A stretch of DNA of 64,000 nt, taken from contig NW_027191405.1 in assembly GCF_041146345.1 (NCBI RefSeq), forward strand, positions 434,001-498,000, read 5' to 3'. Under the pieces are notes generated by a model, which had not been told where the DNA came from, ran no database searches, and saw only the letters and a program-made list of their open reading frames with translations. The DNA comes from Neodothiora populina. Lineage: Eukaryota. Made by a program: the position numbers and the translations under genes. Positions 13,705 through 25,526 of the stretch are shown piece by piece; within the stretch, counting starts at the first letter, position 1; the number at the start of each line of letters is the position of its first letter.

Positions 13705-15760
13705 TGCTCGACATGTCGGACAAGGTTCTCGCTCTCTTAATGGATGGGGCAATGGAGATTTCTGCCTTCATACTTATGTTTGTCTATACAATTAAGTACG
13801 TACCCGTACGGCGAGCGCCTTGTGTGCAAACTTGCTGAACCACCGTATCACACATCATAGATATGTATGGCGGACGTAGTGCCTTACAAAAAAGTCGGGG
13901 TTTTCGGTTTCCAGAAGTGATAGAACATGAACCAAAACATGATCCACATACAGATGAATTGTAATTTTCCATGAGTTGCCTCGACTGAAGGTTACTTTAA
14001 TGATCTGCCGGAGCGTCGTATGCAATTGAAGCTAAATATAATCACAACGTTCACCTGCCCATTTCTGAAATGGAAGCCGTACACCTCGCACGTACAACTC
14101 GGTTCTTGCGGAAAGGACTTGACGTTTCCCGTTTGCAGATGAAATATCACACGTTATAGGTTTACGGAGAATAACAAGGGGTCAGAATATGTTGGTCAGA
14201 ACTATGCAAACAATTGCAAGTGACAGGATTGCGGAGCTGGTTAAGGAATCACGAATGCATGAGTTACTCGCGATATAACAAATACTGTATCATGAACACC
14301 GGCTTGATCTCCGCAATGTTGTTGTGATTGTAGGGCGCACGTAGGAATGGGATACAGTAACCCGCGAAAGGTACGTACCTCGCACACAACACGCAACTGT
14401 GCAAACTGCAAACTGAGGTGCGCAACCGTCCACCCACACTTCAGACATATGACGAAAGATGCGAAAGGGACGGATGCCAAGATTGATTGAGACGATCAGT
14501 CAAAAGCGGTGGGCGGTACTGATTGCTTAGCGCACAAGCTTATGCTAATGATCAACAGGTACAGGTCGGCCATCGACCGATATGGCTCAGCAAGACAACG
14601 CGTGCAAGACAATCAAAATCTGCGTCAGGAAGCTCTGGTGAAGCACTCTACAGCAGACGAGAAGGAGCTCTGTGCAGCGAGACTCCCATGCAATATGTCC
14701 CGAGTGTGAACCCCAGCTTTTAGACCATGCCGCAGAACGTTCCCTACCGAAACGGGCATGGTCGTTATAGGGGTTGCTTGACAACAAAATTAAGCGTGAT
14801 GAAGCTGGCTGGCCGTGCACCGGGGCTGGCGCTTGACAGGGCGCCCCATTGGCTGGCGAGGGGCCGCTGCTTGCCAAGCTCAATTTCCAACGGGCGTCAC
14901 GACAAGGACAACCAAAAACACGGCCATTTCCTCTCAAACTCGTGAGTGGTACCTCGAATTGTCGCTGGCCTCACAACCTTCTTGGATCTTTCTTCTCTCT
15001 CTATTCGAATCACCTTTTTTCTTTTGCTACAGCAGCTTCACTCTTTTAGCTGTTCGTGTGCGTCCTTTCTCTGTTTCCTCCTCTCCTCGTGTCCGGTTTC
15101 CAATTCTCCACGCCAGTCCAGCTAGTACTTTGGACGAATCACAATCGCCGAACCACCCCATTTTCAACTCGAAAGAATGTATGTTGTCTCGTACCTGACT
15201 TTTTTGCACGTTATCCGGCTCCGCACCTCCCGCGCGATCCCAACCCCCAACCTTTTCCCTTCGCGCCTCGTACGCGCCCATCTGGCTGGTCGCGTTGCAG
15301 ACACACAGTGTTCCGTTGGTGCCATTGATGTCATTCATTGGTGTCATTCGCGCAGGGGTTGGTCGCTCAGTCTCACTTGGTCAATCGATTTACTCGGTCA
15401 CTTTGTCACTCGAGCCTCCCCTTCGAGTCTGGTCCAAACCATGTCACATGTACAGGGTTGAACACTTTCCCTCGCGAGACACTTGATCGCGTCAATTGCC
15501 AGATAGTGGACATGGTAGAATAGGGCATCCGCTGATCACCGACCACTTTTCTCCAGATCGATCATCTTTCCTCCAGATTCCGCACAACCTTGGTTCAAGT
15601 GGATCCTTCCTCATCTTTCATGACGCAACATTCCTGAGAGGGATTTTATATTACAACAAACCACACCACCCCGGATCAATACGTTCTTTACATCCACACT
15701 CGCTCTAAGCACCCCTCACTCGCTCACTAGTGTTTGATCAACAAATCAAACCACATCAAC

Positions 15761-16300
15761 ATGAAGGCTGGACTCATTAGCCTCGTCGCCAGAAGCGACA
15801 ATGACGACTTCTACGACCCTACCATGATCGGGCTACTTGTGACTCTTCTTGTGCTCATCATTGTTGCTATCTTCGCGCTCATCGCCCTCTATGTCCTGCG
15901 TCGGAAAAGACAGTCGATGCAACAACTACCCATGTACAACGAGAAGAATGCCTCGTCGGGTTCATCACGCTACAGCAGCCACCGTCGTGTTGCCGTACGA
16001 CCTTCAGAGTCGATCATTGTCTACCAGGAGAAGCAAAGCCTCATCGACAACTCGGACGCACCTCCGACCAGTCCTGTGCCTGAGATCCGCATTACTTTCC
16101 CAGAGGAACTTGATGCATCCGGAAAGCCCCAGTCCGGCCGCGTTGTCCTGGTCCGCGTCGGAGAGCACAGCATCGGTCTCGAGCCGCTCTCGGAAAAGCT
16201 ACCTCCTTACCAGAAAGACCAGTCGGATCGATTCCAATCTCTCGACCTCGAACGGATAGGCGGTCTCACAGAGAAGGAAGTCGAGGCACGCTTCTCATAG
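15761..16300 (+). CDS. Single-pass membrane protein of unknown function with PxIxIT and LPxY motifs
   Basis: ATG in good context (atcaacATG); one hydrophobic helix (IGLLVTLLVLIIVAIFALIALYVL) followed by RRKR; tail contains LPMY, PEIRITFPEE, GRVVLVRVG and LPPY. Confidence 0.85.
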   Translation: MKAGLISLVARSDNDDFYDPTMIGLLVTLLVLIIVAIFALIALYVLRRKRQSMQQLPMYNEKNASSGSSRYSSHRRVAVRPSESIIVYQEKQSLIDNSDAPPTSPVPEIRITFPEELDASGKPQSGRVVLVRVGEHSIGLEPLSEKLPPYQKDQSDRFQSLDLERIGGLTEKEVEARFS

Positions 16301-17636
16301 CCTTTCTACCCATGGACCCACGATTATATACGCTCCCAGCGGCACGTCACGACTCTCCCAAAGCTACACGTTGCGTCTCTATCGTGCTAGTCATATTTCA
16401 CCTTTCGAGGCGCCATCTTAACATTCGACCACCGGCTAGTCAATGTCCGGCCACTTTTCATATATACTTAGATTTTCTTCATTCTCTTCGCGACATATAG
16501 ACCTCGTCGGCCAACAAGTCTCGCTCCTGGTCGACGGTCGACGTTCTGCAATCGAAGCAGCAGTCAACATATGATACCCTGGAGTATTGCTAATGTCTTT
16601 GTCGGTCGCTATCCACCCTCACGAAGGAATGCGTCGACTATTCGCTGTAACCTGTTGCGGCAACTTGTACTTTTGTTTCTGTTCTCTTTTACCTCTTTTA
16701 CCTTTTTTTCATCTACTCTTCTCACAACTTCTCTTTGGTGGCGCCCAAAAGAACACGAAGCTGGTATTGGATGACGACACGGAAGGGTTCCGCGGGTCGC
16801 AGGAGGCTTGTTGAAAACTTCACTTCTTGGATGCTGAGACCCTTTCGATATATATTACACGCTTTTGAGTAATGTGTGCTTTGTAAAATAGCATTAACCT
16901 TACTTTACTCGAACAAAAAACCAAATCCAGAAGCACTTCCGGCCTCTGGGGAGTTAGATGACCCATTGGCAGAGGGATTTGTGGCTACGAATTCGAGGGC
17001 AGCCCCTGGACATCTGAAACATTTGATACTTCAATACTGCCAACCGTTTTGCATGAGAGGAAGTGTGGATGAACATTGCGGAGGATGAAACGGGGCAAAG
17101 TTTAAGCTTCTCCTACTCCTCACACAAAGTGTATTCTTTACAAAGGTACGCCGTCCTTGTATCGTATAGTACCTCTGTAGAGAACAAGGGAATATGGAAT
17201 GGGTGAAATGTGACGTCTAGCTGCAGTATGAGGACGTAGGTGGATCCTTAGGTAGTCAGGGTGAATTGTCCATTGTCTGCGGTATTTCAAGCGAGGGCCG
17301 CCGCTCGAAGCCGACGGGAACGGCAATCTCGGGCATTTGGTCGTTGGTCATTGGTGGGAAGGACGGGGAAAGAGGGAAAGAAGGTGAAGCTTCAGTGCAA
17401 TTGCGGGCGGCGGACCGCCCAGAGGTGATTACCTTACGCAGTGTCAGAGACCGCCGAAAGCTCTCCTGTGCTTTGCTTGAAATTATATAATTATTATTAT
17501 TTTCAGGAAACACACTTGCTCTTTTGCTGCGAAAGAACGTCTCATGAGTTGCATGCATCTCAGGTAATAGGAAGAAAGCAGCACTCTTTTCTTTTTCTTC
17601 TTTTTTTCCTTGTTTCCCTTTTCCTTTCTGCAGCAG

Positions 17637-20600
17637 ATGGCGGCGCCAGAAGGAGCGTCTCAGGCGGCGCAAGCGCGCATCGCTGAGGAAATGAGCAAGA
17701 TGCAGGCTCGAGGAGCGGCAGCAGCAGCAGCAGCAGCGACTGGAGAGAGAGAGGTTCACGTCGACGATGTCAGAAAGGAGGGATCGAAAGACGTCCAGAA
17801 GGTCAGACAATCCCAGTTCAGGAGCAGACATGCTCTGCTGGTGACATTGTTCGGTCTAATACTGTATGATTGAAATCCAAATCCCCGAATAAATGGATAC
17901 CTTTCCGCAATGGAGATCAATGGACGCAATAACGAATGGCTGCTGAACCTTGGATAACACAGAGTCTTTCACGTCGTCGGTATATACCTCTTCCTGAGCG
18001 GCTTCCTCCTCACCCGTCTGGTCCTTCCTTATCAGTCTGAATGTGCCAATCCTCCGGTCACGCCTCTGTCACACGTCCCTGGCTCTTCTACAAACGGATG
18101 TTGGCACCCAAAGTCATTCGAGAAGGCCATTGTTATCATCGTCGACGCTCTCCGGTATGATTTCACCGTGCCCTTTACTCCGAAAGAGCTGGGAGATATC
18201 CCACACCACTTCCACAACTCGCTGCCCATCCTCTGGGACACGGCCATTTCGCAGCCGGAGAATGCTTTCCTTTTGCCATTCATTGCGGACCCGCCCACGA
18301 CAACTCTGCAGAGACTCAAGGGATTGACTACCGGAACTCTGCCCACCTTCATCGATGCAGGCAGTAACTTCGCCGGCACTGCCATTGACGAAGACAACCT
18401 GGTGGCGCAGCTGCACAGTGCGGGAAAGAAGATTGTTCAATTGGGAGATGACACCTGGCAATCACTGTTCCCGGGTCTGTTCGATGAAGAGCTCACTCGA
18501 CCCTTTGACTCTTTCAATGTTTGGGATCTTTACACTGTAGACAACGGTGTCAATGAGCACTTGTTCCCTCTTTTGGACCGGAACAATGTAAGCAGGTGGG
18601 ATGTCATCTTCGGACATTACTTGGGAGTCGATCACGCTGGTCACCGCTATGGTCCCGATCACCCCGCTATGGCGGCAAAGCTCGAGGAGATGAACGACGT
18701 CTTGAAGCGCATCATGGAAGCTATCAGCGATGACACTCTGTTGGTGGTCATGGGAGATCATGGCATGGATGCCAAGGGCGATCACGGTGGAGAATCCGAC
18801 GACGAGGTTGAAGCGGCCTTGTGGATGTACTCCAAGGCTGGTTTGTTCGGTCGAAGCAGCGCAGCAGGGGTTCAGCCTCCACGCACAGCAAAAGAGCGGC
18901 CAGTTGAACAGATCGACCTCGTGCCTACTCTGTCTCTGCTTCTTGGTATGCCAGTACCATTCAACAACCTCGGTCAACCCATCAAGGAGGCTTTCCTTGG
19001 CAAGTCCGGAGACAACTATCGGAACCTTGCCGAAGTCAGTCGCTTGACCGCTGCGCAGATTCATCGTTACCATGGTGAGTACGCTGCCGTGCGAAAGCTT
19101 GATGCAGCAACGAACGCTGCAGCCGCCTCCTTCTGGGACTCTGCGAACATGGCCTGGGACATCATCTCTACCGCCACAAAGAGCAACCCTGGTCTATGGA
19201 AGGGCCCCGCCCATCAATTCTCGTCTTACCAGCAGGAGAATCTCCGTGTCTGCAGAAGTCTGTGGGCCAGATTCGATCTTGTGAGCATGGGCATGGGCAT
19301 TGCTGTTCTTGTTGGTGCTCTGCTGCTGCTTGCTTTCTTGGCTGGCGGGTTCGACGGCGACCGTGCCGAGCATGCATACACTGTGGTCACCAGAGGCGGT
19401 GCTGGAGTTGGAGCTGGCGCTGTCGTCGGTGTCGCACTTTGGTTTGTGGCTCCTGCGACGGTCGCGACCACTTTGGCCGTGTCTGCTCCTGGCGTCGTCG
19501 GCCTCTTGGGTGCCTTTTCCGCTTTTCTCACGTCTTTTTCCAGTCTCCGAGTGCCGCTCCCGAGGTCTTTCTGGGGTTGGGTCTGCTTTATTCCTCCAGT
19601 CCTGTTGTGCATCGGCTTCGCTTCCAATTCCTTCACTATCTGGGAGGATGAGATCCTTCTGTACATGCTTACAACCATTGGAGCACTCATGGCTGCTTCG
19701 TCCTTGCGCCAAGCCGACGCTCACGATCGTTTCCTCGGTATCAGCAACTCGATCTCCCTTGTAGTTCTGACACGCGTGGCCTCCTTCTCTCGTCTTTGCC
19801 GCGAGGAGCAGATGCCTTACTGTGTCAGCACCTACTACTCTTCAGCCACCTCCTCAACTTCTGCCAAGTGGCAGCTCAGCATACCCTTCATTGTCGCTCT
19901 TCTTCTGCCTTCGGCCATTCGCGACTTTTATGCTCGCACCAAGAACTATCAGGGCTCCGCTATAGTGTGGATCGGCTTTGCTTTCCGCGTTGGCCTCGTG
20001 CTCTCCGCCTCTTACTGGCTTCTTGATGCTGCTGACGATGGATCGTGGTTCCCCACCCTTGACCCAACGACATTGAAGAGCACTCGCGTCATCATTGCGC
20101 AAGTTGTTCTCGCACTCGCATGGGCTGCTGGCTACGGTACCTACATCTGGGCCTCGCCATTCCTTGGTGTCGAGGAGGAAGAGGCAGTTGTGAAGCCCGA
20201 GTCTGAAGTGCTGGACCCATCGGACCCAACTTCGGACATTTTCACCCCCATGACCCCTCAAGTAAACAAGAGGAAGAAGCTGATCATTCTCGGATATGCA
20301 AACACCCATGGTACCCGTTACGCATTGCTTCCCACCATCTGGGCACTTGTTTTGCTTCTCCTCCAGAAGCCAATGGGTCAAGGTACTCTTTCGCTTTGTA
20401 TCTTGTGCATCTTCAACATTCTCGAGATTGTTGACGCCAACGCCCTGCACGCCTCTCCCATCGGTCCTGTAGCCCTCGCTCTTCTTGGATCTTACTCATT
20501 CTTCAAGACCGGTCACCAGGCCGTGCTGTCCAGTATCCAATGGGAAACAGCCTTCATCCCCTTCACGACTGTTACTTACCCATGGTCACCAACCCTGGTC

Positions 20601-21032
20601 ATCCTCAACACCTTCGCGCCCCAGATCCTCTGCGCCATCGCCGTACCCGCCGTTGTGTTCTGGAAAGTTCAGCCCCGCAAGGAAGGTCTTTTGGACTCCG
20701 TAGCCAAGGCTCTAGCAGTGCATTTCCTCGTGTACGCCGGTATCGCAGTAGCTACTGTGATCGAAGCCGCTTGGCTACGCAGACATCTCATGCTCTACCG
20801 CATCTTCATGCCACGCATGCTTATGGCCGTCGTCGTGCTAGTCATTGTCGAATCGGTCGGCACGGCGATCGGTCTACTGGGCGTCAGAACAAGTATCTTA
20901 AGCGTGGGCGACTGTTTCGGCCTTGGCCCCCTGGAGCCCGTTGCGGTCGCGGCTTCTGCTCCTGTTGCCCCGCTGGGCGAGGATCCTGTTGCTGCCGAGG
21001 AGGAGCCCAAGGTCACCGAAGTCGAGGAGTAG
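17637..21032 (+). CDS. GPI13: GPI ethanolamine phosphate transferase 3 (PIG-O/Gpi13)
   Basis: Exon 1 MAAPEGASQ...LFGLIL; intron from 17864 (gtatga...cacag); then GIYLFLSGFLLTR, DALRYDF, ADPPTTTLQRLKGLTTGTLPTFID, HYLGVDHAGHRYGP, GDHGM, SNSFTIWED, FFKTGHQA, RRHLMLYRIFMPR; many transmembrane segments. Confidence 0.96.
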
Positions 21033-23012
21033 AGTTCGTTGATTGTCTAGTAATCCATGGTCTGAGACATGTACATAAATCAGAAGTCCAGACATGTTTG
21101 CATACATATAGAGAATAATTTCAACTTTACCCGCTTGCTGTGCTCCGTCTATCGCGACTCCCTCGATAGTGGTGCTCTTGTAATCTGTATTTACTGCCGC
21201 ACGCAAACAGACCGAGTGGAGCTTTCTCTACATGGTAAATACTGCCAAGTCCGCAAGATATCGAGGGCGACCCTGTCCAGTCTGCCGCGGATGGAAGAAA
21301 CGCATGATACTCATGTTTACCGCTCTCGTGACAGCTTTTGCATGGCGATCATATCATAGTAACTCGTATACTACATTCTACATATTTCGAAAGACTCACT
21401 ATATCAGTGTTTCACACCTACGTGTGCGAGAAAAACAATTGATGAGTTCGTCGCCGTGGGTGGTGCGGGTATGGCGTGCGGGATCTTGGCTGCCAGTCCT
21501 CAATTCTTCTCATCTACACTGTAAAAGTATGTTGACAAGTTGAGGCACGACCGAAGTCGATAGTGGAGTGACATGCGATTTGAATTGGTGTTTAGAACGA
21601 TGAGGCTAAGTCACTTGACGAGCAGGAGAGGTATGGGTGATTGATTTACAGCAAGACACAGTACGATGAAACAGGATGTTCGTAGAGCCACATTATCACA
21701 TCTATCTACGGAGTATCTTTCTGTCTATATATTTGTTGTTTGTGAAAGGGCTTCATATACCCGTTTCTTATCAGCCTTCAGTCCAGGGGCGGAGAGAGCT
21801 TAGAGTCTCGATGTGAAGGCCATATGTAACACATGAAGTGCTTTTCTCGACCCCAGAGACAGGCAAACACATAGGCTCACGACAAGACACCAGCTGTCTC
21901 TCTCTTTAACTTGTGACATGAGTAAAGAAGGGTATCTGACATAGGCAGATGACTATATGTCCTCTGTACAGGACATGGAGATCGAGCTGAGTGCTGCTGT
22001 GTGCCTGTTCGTCGTGTGTTGCAGGCTCTGTGGGAGGTGCATGTGCTCAGCACAACCCAGCTCGTTCGCTGCTCCGATACCCTGTAGGAACGCACATGCG
22101 TCGTTTAGGCCTCTCCATGGAGGGTGGAACGTTATTGTTTGTAGTGACATAACTCAGTGTGGAGGTATAGTGCAGTGGATCGATCTACGATTTATCCGCC
22201 CGCAGAGCCGCAGTCATGAATCATTCATTTCGTCTTCATTAGCATACTAGGTAGTCAATTCGCCATTCATGTGATAGCTGCGCATGTTTTCCCGTTGACT
22301 AGATAGGTGAGAAGAAAAGAAGTGGGATAAAAGCGACATCTTGCAATAACTTTCAAAAGAGTAAAACTGTGGCAAGTACTTTGCCTTGCAGTTGATGAGT
22401 GTGTTGTGTTCGAGATCGCTTCGCAGAGCCGCATCTATAATCTCATATTATCGAACATACCTTACATGGTGACTTGTCAGACACTTTTTGACTTCACGAG
22501 TCGTAGCTACAGTGACTATACAGTCCACGCAGGTTCAGAGGCCAATACTAACAATTTATTGTGGACCTGTCAACATCTTTACGATGATCGCGAGCAGAGC
22601 CTTCTTCTGCATTGACCCATATCAACAAATCTCAACTACTTGCCTCTCCTAAGCGGGTCGGACTATATACATCATCATGTCGTTTGTTGTCTATAAAGAG
22701 TCCCACAATACAACCGAGTAGTTAAGCCAGCATCGCAAATCGCAAGCGGCAATCGGTGAGTGCTCGATCATCGGGAGAAGGAATTGGCGGTTCCTGAGAA
22801 AGACACTGTTGTGAAAGTGAGAGGTGAGAGACGTCATGTAAGCGTCACCATATGCAATTCGCTTCAGAGCTTGAGCATGAGCGACCCCTCTATAAGCGAT
22901 CCCTCCAAGAGCTCAAATATAAACAATATCTCGTAGGTTTTCTTCAACTCGAAAAAGCTACAATACAAACTCTACATTTTCCAATCTTACCCGTTACCAA
23001 AACCAACACAAA

Positions 23013-23525
23013 ATGCCTCGCTCAATGGCCCCTCCCCCTTCCGGTGAATTCAACATCAGAGTTCAGAAGCCCTTCTCTGGTCCTGCTCAGCACACTGTCG
23101 AGATCACTGGCGAGCCCAACCGCCAGGCCGTGATCAAGACCACCGAGAACAGCGGCGCAAACATCATCGAGAAGACTGGTGACTTCCCCAAGTACGTTCC
23201 CTCTCAATGACCAACTCCACCACTTCGAAGCATGATGCGAAACAAGCAAACTAACAGTTTCAACCACAGGGACGATGTCACCGAGCTTCTGAGCCTAGTT
23301 TCGCAAATTCGCGGCTTCCCCTCGCATGCCACAAAGGACATCTACGGTCTTGACACTAAGCTCGAGTCGCACACCCTCGAGCTCCAGTGGACAAACGAGG
23401 AAGAAGACCCCGCTGCCGAGTCGGTCAACGAGCTCCCCGCAGAGACCAAGCAGACCTTCAAGGATGTCGTCGACAGCATCTTTGCTGCTGGTCGTCAATT
23501 CGCCAAGCAGGACAGCAGAGTGTAA
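23013..23525 (+). CDS. Small hypothetical protein (144 aa, 2 exons)
   Basis: acaaaATG start, upstream TATAAA; intron 23192-23269 (gtacgt...ctaac...cag) joins the two ORFs in frame; many C/G-ending codons. Confidence 0.85.
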
Positions 23526-23902
23526 AGCGCTTGTACCGGACGAGTGATATGAAACCAAAAAAGCGATGTTACTGCTTCAATGTCTTATGATGCCTGGCAG
23601 AGACTTGATGTCGTTTGTTTTGATAACAGACTATGCCATCTTGTTGGACAGGTCGCATCGATCGATTGATCTACATTTTATATAATCATATATAGCTTAT
23701 GACTCGAAATGAACCCAAACAAACTTCCAAGAAGCAAACAAATGTATAGTTAGACCTACAATATTGACTCGAGCCGTCGCTATTCCTCTCTGGCACTAAA
23801 GCAGAGAAATGTCCACGACTGGCACAGTGTTAGTATGCCACAGCGAGACCTAGAGTGTGAAAATTCTTATACCATCAACTTGCACAATAATTTCATCAAA
23901 AA

Positions 23903-24006
23903 GGGCTTGTGGTTTAGTGGTATAACGTCTTCTTAGCATCTCCGGCTTACCAGCTGAAGCTCTGACTGAGTGGAGAAGGTCCCGCGTTCGATTCGCGGCT
24001 AGTCCA
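23903..24006 (+). tRNA. tRNA-Ala(AGC) with 32-nt intron
   Basis: Acceptor GGGCTTG/CTAGTCC with G3:U70; A box TGGTTTAGTGG; anticodon arm TCTTC-TTAGCA-intron-T-GGAGA; T arm CCGCG-TTCGATT-CGCGG; T-rich terminator follows. Confidence 0.95.
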
Positions 24007-24687
24007 TTTCTTTTGTTTTTTTACGCCCCTTTGCTGCTGGCACTGTGGGAAGATTGAGGTTGGGCGATAAGTTTGATTTTGTGTTCGAAGAAGGGGACAA
24101 TGAAGATGTGATGGGCTAAGTGAGTTAGGAAGGAAGTATGGAGTAGCAAAGTGGTTCCACGCTTCATCACTATACATGATCAAAACACTGTACAGTGGGT
24201 TTCGAGCCTCAGCTAAGATCCCTCTTTTGTGACTAGTGATTGATCATAGCGCTCGACGAGTGAGAGCAGCTGGCAATCGAGACTCACATCTTTACAGTGT
24301 GGTTCTGGAATAGTACAGCTGCCTAGATGCTCAAGCGCAACAGCGAAACGGTCGAAATTCTAAAGGATGACTTTGAGAATACTGCGCTGCAATTGTAGAA
24401 ACAGCGAGTCCTAAGGAAATGCAATACTACAGTAACATATTGTATTGAGATTTCCCTGCCTGCGTGAACATGCTGTGCGAACCCGTAGCACCAAAAGCAA
24501 GTAGTGTAGTTATGTCTACATATCCCAAGCAGAGTCCTTGGAAGGTCTGACGTGCATTATGACATCGATGGCACTTCGGCAGCAATGCTCAAGGTATAAA
24601 AAATTAGTACCAAAAATGAATAAAGAAGAAGGTAGGTAGGAGGACCAATCCGATCCTACAGATTCGAACCAGCACTCTCCTACCATT

Positions 24688-24775
24688 TGCCCCCTGACGG
24701 AGTCGAACCGGCGACCTCGACATTGCTTCTCGAGGAGATACTAGTGTCGCGCTCTACCAACTGAGCTAAAGGGGC
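24688..24775 (-). tRNA. tRNA-Thr(AGT) with 15-nt intron
   Basis: Minus strand GCCCCTT TA GCTC AGTTGGTA GAGC G CGACA CT AGT A [TCTCCTCGAGAAGCA] A TGTCG AGGTC GCCGG TTCGACT CCGTC AGGGGGC A; one C:U mismatch in the T stem. Confidence 0.93.
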
Positions 24776-25526
24776 GGATGACTAAGCGCAGTCCTCATCT
24801 GTATTGATAGTGCCATAAGCCAGCATCTCCAACAGCGTCGCAGCAGCTTAATTAATTCTTGTCGGTATCAATACTGCGACACACGAACATGTTCAGCAGC
24901 ATCAACAAGCACAGCTCCCACCTAGGTCAACGAAATGATGCACAGATTTCGATGCTGGTCAAAACTCACCTACCTTGCCTTGTGCTCATTAGCTTTCGTG
25001 TACATCGACACTCGATATATCACTGGATGCAGTAGGTATCTGATACACTCCAGTCTACGCTTCATATCTACCCACATACTTACACTTAGATCATACCACT
25101 GAGCATGAATGAAAAACAGTACTGAAGGTCATCATCTCAATCGTGCTAAGCCGCTCTCGCAGGTCGCCGAGTGGATAGCCTGAACAGGCACTCTTCAAGT
25201 CCGAGTCTGCATGAGACGCCCCACAGGTTACCACGGTCCGTGTCGCGATAGACTCGAGGAGTATCATCACATGAACAGATATTGCTTAGGCGTCCTCTCG
25301 TGTTGTTTTGCTGACCGATTGGGTATCAAAGTGGGTTCATTACGGGTTCCCATTGGTCTTGCAAATGCCGCCACCGTTTACAGCAGCCGCAATAGGCTGA
25401 AAGGATGGTGGGGACTTGATCGAACCCAACCTTACATTCACGAGATTCAATTTAGCTATAAATTACCAGGTCTATTATACACATGAAGTGGTAAGGTAGA
25501 AATGATGTGATTTTTCCTACATTGCG

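Noticed and set aside
17564..17636. 5' UTR intron with NAGNAG acceptor abutting the GPI13 ATG
   Set aside because: No CTRAY branch point is visible; the pyrimidine tract is equally well explained as a fungal CT-rich TSS region.
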